From: Octopus vulgaris
Taxonomy: Eukaryota
Reading direction: 5' to 3'
NCBI GenBank assembly: GCA_951406725.2
Contig: OX597818.1
Span: 51,894,001 to 51,958,000, forward strand
DNA length: 64,000 nt
Shown: positions 13,230-26,262 of the stretch, in pieces
Position numbering within the stretch: position 1 is the stretch's first letter
How the letters are laid out: each line of letters begins with the position of its first letter
The notes under the pieces: model-generated
Seen by the model: the letters and a program-made list of their open reading frames with translations, nothing else
Told to the model about the DNA's origin: nothing
Database searches by the model: none
Made by a program: the position numbers and the translations under genes

Positions 13230-13915
13230 GAAGGGATATGAAAGTATTAATCATCTAGCAATAAGCTAACACGAAAAGAGTATAAATGTAGACATAACTC
13301 TGCGGGTAAAAGAGTGGATTGGGATGTTAGCCGAATGTGTGACATAGAGATAACAAGAAATTGGTATGAGCACGAATCATAAAATAAGAATTATAAAATT
13401 TTATAGGACTTCTCCAGGAAGACTGACCATGGTTTTCAAACAAGTAGACGAGATATGACTAGAGAGGGCAAAATAGAACACAGTGTAAGATCATAAACTT
13501 TTCAACATCATACCAACGAAATTGAAACAATTGAGAAATAAGAGGTTTTAGCAAGATAATTAAAGAGGGTAACTTTTCTGACACCTCTCGGCGGACACAT
13601 AGCTCACCGCTGTAATTCGGAAAGGATCGATGGGCCACGCTTTTGCGGTCCGTATTCGTACTGAAAATCGAGATCGAGCGAGCTTTTGCCCTTTTGCTCG
13701 ACGTGTGGTTTCCGTCTATGACAACAATTATTCCTGTGATAATTGGTGCACTTGGCACAACACCAAAAATGAAAGAGTGTAAAATGGAAGCTCGCATTGT
13801 TGACGTTGAGAAAAGAACCAGCCTATATTCTGTAAGAATCCTTAGAAAGGTTCTTGAGATTTGGGGAGGCTTGTTGTCACCAAATCCCAAGATAACATTC
13901 CTGCTAATTAAAGTA
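13230..13915 (+). pseudogene. Second, highly decayed R4/Dong-like RLE fragment
   Basis: WYEH and KIL*DF remnants, IIPVIIGALGTTPK and SVRILRKVLEI; interrupted by a 28S fragment. Confidence 0.7.
13568..13716 (-). rRNA. 28S (LSU) rRNA fragment, ~150 bp pseudogenic piece
   Basis: The reverse complement contains GGGCAAAAGCTCGCTCGATCTCGATTTTCAGTACGAATACGGACCG and GAGGTGTCAGAAAAGTTACC, conserved eukaryotic LSU domain V sequence. Confidence 0.9.
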
Positions 13916-14799
13916 GGATGTAATAGGCCTAAAATTGAAGGGTGGGATAGTCGATTACATCGATCCCGATGCTCAACTTGTATAAATTTTATCGGCCCCG
14001 AAAAGATAAAAGGCAAAGTCGACCTCGGCGGAATTCAAAATGTAGGGACGGACGAAATGCCGCTAAACACTTTGTCCCTTGTGCCCTAACAGTTATAGTC
14101 ATAATTCTTTCTAATAAAGGCACAAGGTTTGAAATTTGGGGTGGGGGTTGCTAGCCGATTATATTGATCCAAGTTCTTGATTGCACTTACTCAATCGACT
14201 CCGAAAAGATGAAAGACAAAGTCAACCTCGGCGAAATTTGAAAAATAGCAATAGTAATAATAAATCCTATTTGTAAACACAGTAGTGTGCACACAAGTAG
14301 GCGTGATAACCCAATATAATAATTGAAAGAAATGAAGCAGGGATGCTCTCAGCTTGGTTGGTTCGTTTCACCACACTGGTTATCGGTAGTTTTACTTTGG
14401 CAAAAATTCAATTCACTTCGTTATAAATATTTACAGCGGGCACCAAACACAATTTTAATTTGTGCCAAAACTAAAATCGTTATAATTTTTTTTTACACTT
14501 AGCGTAAACTTATTTGTTATACAGTTTTCTTACAGAAAATTAAAAATAATGATTTCAAGAATCTTGTAGGATACTTTTTTTTTGGTAGGATATTTTCTTT
14601 TCTTGAGCCCTAGTATTCATAAGGCCAGTTTTGTATTCGTGACCGAAATCACAGCATTGGCCTTGAATGAGACGTCGGTCTGTTGTAAGGTTCAAAATCA
14701 GCCATTTTATGAAGTTACAAGTCGATTACATCGATACCAGTACTTGATACAAGCATACACACAAGCATACGCGCATACAAATTCACATTTATACGAATA

Positions 14800-14895
14800 G
14801 TAACTGGTGCACTTGATTTTGTTGGTATATGCCTTAAAGAAAATCTGGAAAAGCTAGGGTTTTCAGAAAAAGAAATCAACCAGCTAACACGCTCA
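14800..14895 (+). pseudogene. Short RLE-type LINE C-terminal remnant
   Basis: TGALDFVGICLKENLEKLGFSEKEINQLTR resembles the GALG..L..NL.KLG motif. Confidence 0.4.
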
Positions 14896-15289
14896 CCACG
14901 AATACAATGTGATTCGTTGAAAAGTCAGAGGTTGTGGTATTTCATCTGGAAAAATTCCTTTATAGACTTATTGTGTTAAAAAACACAACATACTTCAGAA
15001 ATCGGCGAAAAGAAATCGTCACGGAGACAACGGCGAGAGCAACATATATGTATTTCGTCGTGGTTACGGCTTGTCAGTGTCACATATTTATTAATAGGTA
15101 AAATGGGGTAATAGGGAGTTTCCTATCGCGTACGTTCATAGATATATAAAATGAATTGTTTCTAATCTTTATCTTGTGTCGCATTTCAGCATAAGGCAAT
15201 ATTTTTCCACGGTGGATACAATCTATCAAATTTCCCAGTAATTAGCAGTTGAGCGATACTTATTTTCATAGATTTTGGAATGATGAGAG

Positions 15290-15605
15290 ACTTCACCAAT
15301 GGAGAAGTTCTTAAGCAGATCAGGCCGAAAATGTCGCTAGAAGCTAGGATCACCAAGCATAGATTGGCATATTTCGGTCATATTATGCGGAGAAAATCCC
15401 TGGAGAAGGACATCATGCTCGGAATGGTCAGTGGCAAGAGAGGAAGAGGCCGACCAAGAACCCGCTGGCTTGACACCATCAAGAGTGATACCGGAATGGA
15501 CATAGCCAATCTGAAAGAAGCGGCCCAGGATAGAACTGACTGGAGGACACTAATCAAACGAGTAACCGAGAGTCGACTTCGACTGAGCGGATAGATAGAT
15601 AGAGA
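15290..15605 (+). mobile_element. 5'-truncated RTE/BovB-like LINE 3' end
   Basis: TNGEVL...LEARI...RLAYFGHIMRR.SLEKDIMLG.V.GKRGRGRPRTRWLD...DR..WR...VTESRLRL*, followed by a (GATA)n tail. Confidence 0.9.
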
Positions 15606-16203
15606 GACAAGGATCAACAAAAATTGGACTCAAAACATACAGGAATGTTACAAAGTAACAAAGCACATTTTGTTCCATTCTCTATTCTCTTAATCCATTA
15701 TTCTAAAGATCCAATATTCTCAAAGTTTCGTAGTCAACGGTAGTTTGTACATACATATTTTTTACGATATTTTTACGACATTTATTTTACGATATTTTTT
15801 ACGTTATTTTTAATTTGTAAATTATTAATTTTTATCACTTGTAAATATTTTTCTTTTTGTATTTTGTCATTCATTCGCATTTGTGTACGTCCACTTTTCA
15901 CTAGTTTTTATTCGAATATATTTATTTGTCATTGCTTTCATTATTATATCATCACAAGTATATATTTTAATTTTCATCCCTACATATTATTAATTTTATA
16001 TGAATGTTTGTAGGCATAAGTCACGTTAGAATTTAGTTTTGTAAATTTTTAATTTTTATTATAAATCAATTAAATTTTTATTTGAATTAAATTATGGCTT
16101 GTACAGTAAGGTTCGGCGAATTTATTTGCACATACGCATATTTATCTGTTAAAAAATTAAAATATAGAATTTGATATTGAATTATAATAAAGTTATTTAG
16201 AGA

Positions 16204-16293
16204 CCTGACGATTGGGGTTGCGTTTTAAGAAATGTTCCTGTAAAACACTGCGTGCTTAACGAACGGCAAAAGAACCTCAAGAAAGACGTGTAG
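16204..16293 (+). ncRNA. Hammerhead ribozyme-like motif (type I), long helix II, slightly degenerate
   Basis: CTGACGA (16205) - TTGGGGTT...AACCTCAA - GAAA (16281) - GACGTGTA, one change from a palindromic ACACGTGT helix III. Helix I is weak. Confidence 0.6.
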
Positions 16294-16502
16294 CAGAAAA
16301 ATTTAGAAATGAGTTGTAAGCATTAAAATAAAATTCTTTTATATAGTGTGATGACGGGGACTGCTATCTCTAAATAACACACACACACACACACACATAT
16401 ACATACATACATACATACATACATACATACATACATACATACATACATACATACATACATACATACATACTTACATACATACATACATACATATATAAAC
16501 AT

Positions 16503-16936
16503 AATCAAATAGGGTAATAAAATAAATTATTATTACCAGTGGCCTAGCACAAAAGACGAATTAGTCATTAGACTATATATTTTTCGTATAGAAATATAAT
16601 AAAAGGCTTCCAAATAAGGAAGCGTAGTGTTAGAACCACAAAAAGGGATAAATTCATGAAAGGAAAGAAAATTAAAAACATTTACCATCTCAGCTATATC
16701 CCAGACCGAAAGGTTTCTACCTATTTTTAGCCTTCGTAAGGATTACGAAGGCTTCCCACTGAAGAACCTGGCCTGGCAAATATATTCTGTGTGTTTGCTA
16801 AAAAAGAGGTAGAAACCGTTCGGTCTGGGATATAGCTGAGATGGTAAATGTTTTTAATTTTCTTTCCTTTCATGAATTTATCCCTTTTTGTGGTTCTAAC
16901 ACTACGCTTCCTTATTTGAAAGTCTTTTATTATATT
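16503..16936. mobile_element. Fold-back Penelope-like/retrozyme insertion between microsatellites
   Basis: ~135-bp inverted arms (16592-16730 / 16798-16936). The left arm has a ~90-nt extra tail, and a hammerhead spans the spacer and right arm. Confidence 0.75.
16754..16830 (+). ncRNA. Type I hammerhead ribozyme
   Basis: TCCCA-CTGAAGA-ACCT[hairpin insert]AGGT-A-GAAA-CCG TT CGGT-C-TGGGA. All three helices pair; predicted cleavage after GUC at 16825. Confidence 0.8.
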
Positions 16937-16960
16937 ACATATATATATATATATATATAT

Positions 16961-17022
<62 letters not shown>

Positions 17023-17462
17023 GAATGAATAATAGTAGATGAGTGTACTGATACACTCATCTACTAATATTAGTGTCTGTACACTCATCTACTATCATTC
17101 ATTTATCTCTCTCTACATATATATCTGTTTACGTATATATTTGCTGATCTCATTAGTTTAATTGTACCTCTTAAACACATGTTTGGTATCATTCAATAAA
17201 TAGACATAATGGAGTGTTTACTGACTGATGTTTATCAATTTTATATCCTCTCCATTTTCTTATTTGCCTTATAAGTCCTGGGTAAATTTCCAACTTACCC
17301 CCACCCATACCTAGTATTCAATTGCAATATTGCCATGCAATAGTAAGCACTTGGTTAAAAATACGTAGGTACATATCCAATGGTATATTGGATATTTAAT
17401 ATCCCTTAGATGGTTTATTAACCTGTAACTCATACAGACATATATGCATATATATATATATT

Positions 17463-18020
<558 letters not shown>

Positions 18021-18997
18021 ATACAGACACACGCGCACACACACACATTCACACACATGTATATCACTGTATCACTATATCGATCAGACAGTCAGATATG
18101 ATCATACATCGCTATTCACAACACGTTTCCTCACGGTAGTGTAGCTTCCGAATGACGTCACCCTTCTCTAGATAGGCGGGCAGCACCAGTATATGTGTGT
18201 GTGTGTGTGTGTGTATGCGTGTGTGCACGAGCGCGTATATGTGCAGTAACTAGAAAATGAGAAAGAATAAGCATTGAGAAAAACTAACAGCTGGGATCAA
18301 TATTTATATTTATATATTTATTTCCTCCTAGTATATAGAACTTAGGAGGAAATACTAATAAGGTATGTATACTAAAATCGTGAAGCATGTTACGTAATAA
18401 CAGGCTATTCAGATATGAGATAATAACAATTCAAAGTAAATAACTCTGAAAAAAGCTTTTGTGCGTTCGCAAAGAATATTACCCTCAACAGCGCTAGTGT
18501 TGGTATATTTGGGAATAAGACACTAACCGAAATAAGTGGATCTATTGTTAAGGAAAATACTATTTACGTGTTTAAGGGTTGTACTGGATAAATTGCGAAA
18601 ATAACTCTAACAGTTCAAATACTAAGAAATAAACACACTCAATTTGATTTATACTAAATGATTTAGGAAAATAAATGGGTTATTTCCCTTGGCAGTTAAA
18701 ATCTGGGCGAATGGGGTTTTTTTCCTTGGATATTAAAATGAAATATATTGGATATTAAAATGAAATATATTGGATATATATAAGGATCCCTTCCAGGGGC
18801 CCTATTATCAATATTTCTACAACCTGAGTATGCCATGAGGTTTCCGGACATGAGCTGTACTCACGTTTCAAGTTTCAAAAAAATTGGATAGAACGCTGTA
18901 GGGGGAGTTAGCTAAAAACTCCACAAACACACACACAGAATTTCCCACATATGTATTAGATGTGTGTGTGTGTGTGTGTATGTGTGTGTGTGTGTGT

Positions 18998-19028
<31 letters not shown>

Positions 19029-19337
19029 ATATTTTCTAAATATGCGTTCGAAAAATGGTTGCTTCTTAAATGCAGGAAAATTCATTACTGTAAATAAAAT
19101 GGTAAAAAGACGTTTTTAACGTTTTAGAAAAGGTATCTTGTTTTTGTTTTCTTTCTTTCCCTATATCAAAATGCTGTATTTTTCATACAGCCAAGACTTT
19201 TCATAGTTAGTGTGTTAACATACGTGCAAGCATGGTTGTGTGATAAGAGGACTACTGCCCAGCCACACGGTCAAGTGTCTTCTACTAAAACCCCGGGTCG
19301 ACCAGTGCCTTATGATAGTTGACGGAAATTGAAAGCC

Positions 19338-19395
<58 letters not shown>

Positions 19396-21070
19396 CTTCA
19401 GTCATTTGATTGCGGCCATGCTGGAGCATCGACTTTTAGTCGAACAAATCGATCCCAGGACTTATTCTTTGTAAGTTTGGTGCTTATTCTATCGGTCTCT
19501 TTTGCCGAACCGCTAAGTCACGAACATTTATTGACAAGCGATGGAACAGACACAAAAACACACACACACATAAATACACAGACACCCATAAATACACACA
19601 CACACAGAAACACACACACGCATATATATATATATATACAACGGGATTGTTTCAGTTTCCATCTGCCAAATCCACTCACAAGGTTTTGATGGGTCCGAGG
19701 CTATTGTAGAAGATACTTGCCCAAGGTGACGCGCATGTGGTTGGGAAGCAAGCTTCTTACCACACAGCCATATATCTATGCACGCATATATACATACATA
19801 TATATATACATACATACACACACATACATACATACATACACACATACATACACACACACACATACATATATACATACATACATACATGCATACATACATA
19901 CATACATACAACATACATACACACATACATACATGCATACCTACATACATACATATACACACACACACATACATACATACATACATACATACATACATAC
20001 ATACATGCATACATACATACATACACATACATACATACATACATACATACATACATACATACATACACATCCATCCATCCATCCATACATACATACATAC
20101 ATACACATACATACATACATACACATCCATCCATCCATCCATCCATCCATCCATACATACATACATACATACATACATACATACATACATACATACATAC
20201 ATTTCCTTTGTGTTTGTTCCTCACCACCGCTTGACAAAATACATTGGTTTGTTTACGTCCCCGTAACATAGCGGTTTAGCAAAAACCGACTGATACAATA
20301 AGTTCCAGGGATACAAAAAAAAAAAAAAAGGTGCTGTGGAATACTGGAATAAAGTTCGACTAAACCCCTTCAAAACGGAGCCCCAGCATGTCCGCAGTCC
20401 AGTGAATGAAAGAAGTAGAAGATAACACAGAGGCAGTTTGCAGATTCAGAAGAGAACCGGAAAGATGCCTCATTTAAATAAATCCCTTTTATATACCGAA
20501 TTGAGAAGCCGGCAGTACCTTATTTTGTTGAACGGACGTTAATAAAATCAGCTTAGTAACAGCCAAGTGTTGGATGTCAATTAAAACCATTATATCCTTC
20601 CCCGCATATTTTTCGTCTTGTGTCTGCGTTAAAAATCAATAATTTTGTAAATAAAATGAACACTTTCTTTCCGTTTGTGATTAAATTCGTGCAACAAAGC
20701 GGAACAATGTGAAGCACAAACACACACAAGCTCGCGCACACACACATACACACCACACACACACACACAAGCACACACACGCGCATACAGATGTATATAG
20801 AAAAATATACGTACAAATACACACACACACATATATATATATATATATGTATATATATGTATAATGAACATTTATAAGTATGGGTATGTATGTATATATG
20901 TATGTACACACATATGCACTGACGTATATATGTATTTATATACATATATACATATATGTATGAAAATATATATATGTATGTATATATAAGTATATGTATG
21001 TATGTATATATATGTATGTATATGTATATATATATGTATATGTATATATGTATATATATGTATGTATATA

Positions 21071-21141
<71 letters not shown>

Positions 21142-21925
21142 ATATATGTATATGTATGTATGTATGTATGTATATATATGTGTGTGTGTGACCTATCGAA
21201 AGGTCGATATAATGTTTATAATACTTAAAAAGAAAATGTCTGAAAGAATGCCTTTTTGATACATACATACATCCATACATACATACACACACACAGATAC
21301 ACAGAAATGCGCACACATACATATATGATTTGAATACAATCGTTTGAATTTATTTTTAGATCCACTCTCAACACATAACAGATACAAACTGTATTTCGGC
21401 GCGTTAATACTAACCCTTGTTTTAGATTTTCATTTACTGTCCGATGTGTATCTGTCAGAATGCCATTGAAAGATAACCATTACTTCAAAGTAGGCACAAC
21501 ATCAGATATTTGTTGGGAGGAGGAATCCTGGCTCTCCGTCGGTTGCGAAGACGAGGGTCCCAGTTGATCCGATCAACGGAAGAGCCTGGTTGTGAAATTA
21601 ACGTGCAAGTGGCTGAGCACTCGACAGACACGTGTTACCCTTAACGTAATTCTCATGAGGATTCAGGGTGACACAGAATGAGACAAGTCTGGCCTTTTCA
21701 ATACATATATACACACATACATACATATATACATACATACATAATCCGAAGATCACAAATCCAATCCATCACTGGAACTGTAAAAATCTGTAAAACATTT
21801 TAGAAGTTTATCATTTAATTATATATGTGCCTGTCTAGATATACAACTATATGCATGAGTATACATACATAAAGCAGAATATACAAATCTACACATATAC
21901 ATACATACATATATACATACATACA

Positions 21926-21961
<36 letters not shown>

Positions 21962-22061
21962 CATACATACATACATACATACATACATACATACATACAT
22001 ACATACATGCATACATACATACATACATACATACATACATACATACATACATACATAATAC

Positions 22062-22275
22062 TCTGTTGTTGATGTTGAAATTCCAATGAAGGAGCCTTGG
22101 ATCTAGGTTAGAAACAGGTTCTTTCTCTTTTGGCAAGAAATCTTGAGAAAAACAGAATAATGATATACAAAAATACCCTGTTGCTGATGTTGAAATTCCA
22201 ATGAAAGAATCTTGGATCTAGGTTAGAAACCGGTTCTTTCTCTATTGGCAAGAAATCTTGAGATAAACTAAATAA
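22062..22275. repeat. Tandem duplication, ~117-bp unit
   Basis: 'ctgttg.tgatgttgaaattccaatgaa...ggcaagaaatcttgaga' occurs twice. Confidence 0.9.
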
Positions 22276-22814
22276 TGACATGCATACACACATACACACA
22301 CACATACACACAAACGCGCACACATACATATATAATTTGACTACAGTCATTTGAATTTACTATTAGATCTCAGCACATAACAGATACAAACTTATTTCGA
22401 TGGTTAACTCATTTTTGCCAGCAGGGTGGACTGGTACAGCGTTAAATAAAGTGTCTTGCTCAAGGACACAACGAACCGCCGGGTATTGAGCTTATGACAT
22501 TACGATCGTGAGTCAAAATCCCTAACCGCTAAGCCTTTGATGAAGAATATGGGCTATTATATCAACCGAACTACGTGACTGGTGCTTTATGTATCGACTT
22601 CGAAACGATGAAAAGCAAGGTTGACTTTTGAGGGATTTTAACTCAGGAATGAAATTTTCAGTTCTATAATAATTGGAATGGGTGTTCCTCTGTGATCGAC
22701 GGGGTTTGAACCCTCATTCTCCCTTAAATTGAGAGTATGACTAAAATGATTCGTTTAGGAATCCCTTCCGTTGTTCACGCTTGCTTGAAGACGTCAATAT
22801 CTATTATTTGCGTG

Positions 22815-23380
22815 CTTAGCGGTATTTCGTCTGTCTTTACGTTCCGAGTTCAAATTCCGCTGAGGTCAACTTTGCCGTTCATCCTTTCGGGGTCGATTAA
22901 ATAAGTACCAGTTATGCACTGGAGTCGATATAATCGACTCAATCCGTTTGTCTGTCCTTGTTTGTCCTCTCTGTGTTTAGCCCCTTGTGGGTAGTAAAAA
23001 AAAAAAAAAAAGGTATTTCGTCTGCCGCTACGTTCTGAGTTCAAATTCCGCCGAGGTCGACTTTGCCTTTCATCCTTTCGGGGTCGATTAAATAAGTACC
23101 AGTTACGCACTGGGGTCGATATAATCGACTTAATCCGTTTGTCTATCCTTGTTTGTCCTCTCTGTGCTTAGCCCCTTGTGGGTAATAAAGAATAGGTATT
23201 TCGTCTGTTTTTACGTTCTGAGTTCAAATTCGGCCGAGGTCGACTTTGCCTTTCATCTTTTTGGGAGTCAATTAAATAAATACCAGTTACGCTCTTGGGT
23301 CGATGTAATCGACTTAATTCCTTTGTCTGTCCTTGTTTGTCCTCTCTATGTTTAGCCCCCTGTGGGCAATAAAGAAATAA
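22815..23380 (+). mobile_element. SINE family M, tandem trimer
   Basis: Three ~185-bp units, each starting GGTATTTCGTCTG and ending in an (A)ATAAAGAA or poly-A tail. Confidence 0.9.
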
Positions 23381-23409
23381 ATATCTATGATTTGTGATAA
23401 TTTTAATAA

Positions 23410-23820
23410 GCGTGGCTCTGTGGTAAGAAGTTTGCTTCCTAACCATATAGTTCTAGGTTCAGTCCCACTGCTTGGCACATTTGGCAAGTGTCTTCTACTA
23501 TAGCTTCGGGCCGGGCACAGCCTTGATAGTAGATTTGGCTGACGGAAACTGAAAGAGGCCCATCATATGTGTGTGTGTGTGTGTGTATGTGTTTGTGTGT
23601 TTTTCTATGTGTGTGTTTGTGTTTGCTGCACCACCATCGCTTGACCACTGGTGTTCGTGTTTTTACGTCCCTTAACCGTAACTTAGCGGTTCGGCTAAAG
23701 AGAGTGAAAAAATTAGTAAAAAAATCTTTAAAAAGTAAATATTGGATCGATTTATTCGAATAAAATTCTTCAGGGTGGTGCCCCAGCATGGTCGCAGTTT
23801 AATGACTGAAGCAAGTAAAA
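23410..23820 (+). mobile_element. SINE family A, near full length, diverged
   Basis: Head, CORE-like box, internal (TG)n and CCAGCATGG.CGCAGT tail. Confidence 0.8.
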
Positions 23821-24017
23821 GGTAATAGGAGAAATAAATACATCAGTACTTGACTGGTATTTTATTTCGCCAACCTCGGAGGCTAAAAGTCAACTTTGAT
23901 CAAAAGATGAATTGTGCCACTTTTAACCTTGGAGAGTTTGGACCGAAAACGCAGAGAAGCGTAATTATATTTCGCATGGTATTTGATTAATATTTTCCCG
24001 TTTCTACCGTCACATCA

Positions 24018-24430
24018 CCTATTTCTTTATTACCCACAAGGGGCTAAACACAGAGGGGACAAACAAGGACAGACATAGGTATTAAGTCGATTACATCGAC
24101 CCCAGTGCGTAACTGGTACTTAATTTATCGACCCCGAAAGGATGAAAGGCAAAGTCGACCTCGGCGGAATTTGAACTCACAACGTAACGCAGACGAAATA
24201 CCTATTTCTTTATTACCCACAAGGGGCTAAACACAGAGGGGACAAACATGGACAGACATAGGTATTAAGTCGATTATATCGACCCCAGTGCTTAACTGGT
24301 ACTTAATTTATCGACCCCGAAAGGATGAAAGGCAAAGTCGACCTCGGCGGAATTTGAACTCAGAACGTAACGGCAGACGAAATACCGCTAAGCATTTCGC
24401 CCGGCGTGCTAACGCTTCTGCCAGCTCGCC
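24018..24430 (-). mobile_element. SINE family M, tandem dimer
   Basis: Two near-identical units; the flanks share CCGTCACATCACC (TSD-like). Confidence 0.9.
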
Positions 24431-24483
24431 GTCACATCACCGTTGTGATTCAACATTTTAACTGTTATGAAATGTCAGTGTAA

Positions 24484-24574
<91 letters not shown>

Positions 24575-24740
24575 AACAACTTATAAACAAGGGCAAAAGA
24601 AAAATTATTTCCATGCCAATATGCTGAGAACAGACTTTAAATCGTCAATTTCCACATTTCATTTTACATTCACTGTAGATACACATCGTGCTGAAATCGA
24701 GGAAAGCTAGCCAACAGAATTTTTAAAAAAAAGTTCGTTA

Positions 24741-24800
24741 TTTCTATACTGAATCAATTTCGGGATTAATCCTATGGATTCTTCCCTCTTAAGTAGTAAA
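24741..24800 (-). ncRNA. Hammerhead ribozyme, inverted copy with core mutation
   Basis: Minus strand: CTA-CTTAAGA (G5 mutated)-GGG..AATCC ATA GGATT..CCC-GAAA-TTGATTCAGT-A-TAGAAA. Confidence 0.65.
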
Positions 24801-24951
24801 TACGATAAAAAATTAATGAAGTACTTACTAGCACCCATCGAAAAAAGCACATGCACTTATGTGTACTTATGTGTACTTATGTGTACTCATGACTCTTGCT
24901 TGATCTTTTTTTATGGGTGCTAGTAAGTATTTCATTTATCTCTTATCGTAT

Positions 24952-25011
24952 TTTCTACTGAAGAGGAAAGAATCCATAGGATTAATCCCGAAATTGATTC
25001 AATATTAGAAA
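24952..25011 (+). ncRNA. Type I hammerhead ribozyme
   Basis: TTTCTA-CTGAAGA-GG(A)aag AATCC ATA GGATT aat CCC-GAAA-TTGA T TCAAT-A-(T)TAGAAA. Confidence 0.75.
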
Positions 25012-25292
25012 TAACGAACTTTTAAAAATAAATTCTGTTAGCTAGCTTCCCTCGATTTCAGCACGATGTGTATTTATAGTGAATGTAAAATGAAATGTGG
25101 AAATTGACGATTTAAAGTCTGTTCTCAGTATATTGGCATGGAAATAGTTTTTCTTTTGCCCTTCTTTATAGGTTGTTTGTAATTTTAACCTTTAAAGGTA
25201 TTTTAATATGCTGCCACTTTTGATGAAAGTTTTTTCTGAAAAAATTTTATCCTATATTAATATTATTATTATGATTATTATTATTAGTAGTA

Positions 25293-25359
<67 letters not shown>

Positions 25360-25801
25360 CAGGGCAATAAGGAGCACCAACTTAGCTAAAAATAGGAACA
25401 CAAACACACACACGCACACACATACATATACATATATACATACACACACACACAAATACAGATAAATGTGTGGTCGTGTGTGTATGTATATGTATATATA
25501 TATATTCATGTATATGATGGCTGACAACCTGTTTTCTGACGAAGGTGTCGCTGACTCTTAAACGTATGATTTTTATAAAAAGAAGAATGGAGATTGTCAA
25601 CAATAACGAAGAAATATTCTTTGGTTCGCTGAGGCTTGCACAACAACTCTCTGACCTTGTGGCATGAATCAGAATCAAGCCGAAGCAAGATATCTGATAT
25701 CGGAATAGGTTATCAGATGGGGATCGTAGTGAGCATTAAATGCACGCACGCACACACACTGACACACACCTATATATATATATATATATATATATATGTA
25801 A

Positions 25802-26262
25802 AAAATTATAAGTTAGGATATCTACGAGATACCACCATTCTGAAAATAGCAGCCATGATCTGACTCTAAAACCACCTTAATTGTCCATATATCAACACGG
25901 AGAGAAAACAAAGAGACAAGATGAAACTTGTATTCGTATGTTGTGCTTATATGTATATGTATTTATGTTTCTCTTCTGTGTGTATTCTACTGACGAGGCA
26001 AAGCATTCCTAAATGCAAAGCCAGAAATCCGGGATCTAGAATTATCCAGTAATTTTTTACTAGTTTCATCTTGTCGCTTTGTTTTCTCTCCGTGTTGATA
26101 TATGGACAATTAAGGTGGTTTTAAAGTCAGATCATGGCTGTTATCGTGGTATCTCGTAGATACCTTAATTTATAATTTTAATAATTATTACCTTTGAAGG
26201 TTATTTTTTCCATGCTAACCACTTGATAAAATCGTTATTTTATTTTTAGATCTTATCCTTAT
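25802..26262. mobile_element. Fold-back Penelope-like/retrozyme insertion in (TA)n
   Basis: Inverted arms ~25802-25928 / 26062-26179; hammerhead in the spacer; ~80-nt tail similar to 25180-25257. Confidence 0.8.
25984..26042 (+). ncRNA. Type I hammerhead ribozyme
   Basis: ATTCTA-CTGACGA-GGC aaa GCATT ccta AATGC aaa GCC-A-GAAA-TCC G GGAT-C-TAGAAT; predicted cleavage after AUC at 26036. Confidence 0.8.

Larger units (their letters stand above)
24574..25260. mobile_element. Fold-back Penelope-like/retrozyme insertion in (TA)n
   Basis: ~265-bp inverted arms (24574-24838 / 24913-25178), each containing a hammerhead. The right arm has a ~80-nt extra tail, and the spacer holds (ACTTATGTGT)x3. Confidence 0.8.

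Noticed and set aside
13568-13716. Functional rDNA locus
   Set aside because: Only ~150 bp, with no flanking rDNA.
22815-23380. CRISPR-like regular repeats
   Set aside because: These are tandem SINE units of ~185 bp with no unique spacers, no cas genes and a eukaryotic context.
25536-25566. Hammerhead-like CTGACGA...TAAACGTA
   Set aside because: G12 is missing and helices I and II are imperfect; possibly a decayed copy, not called.
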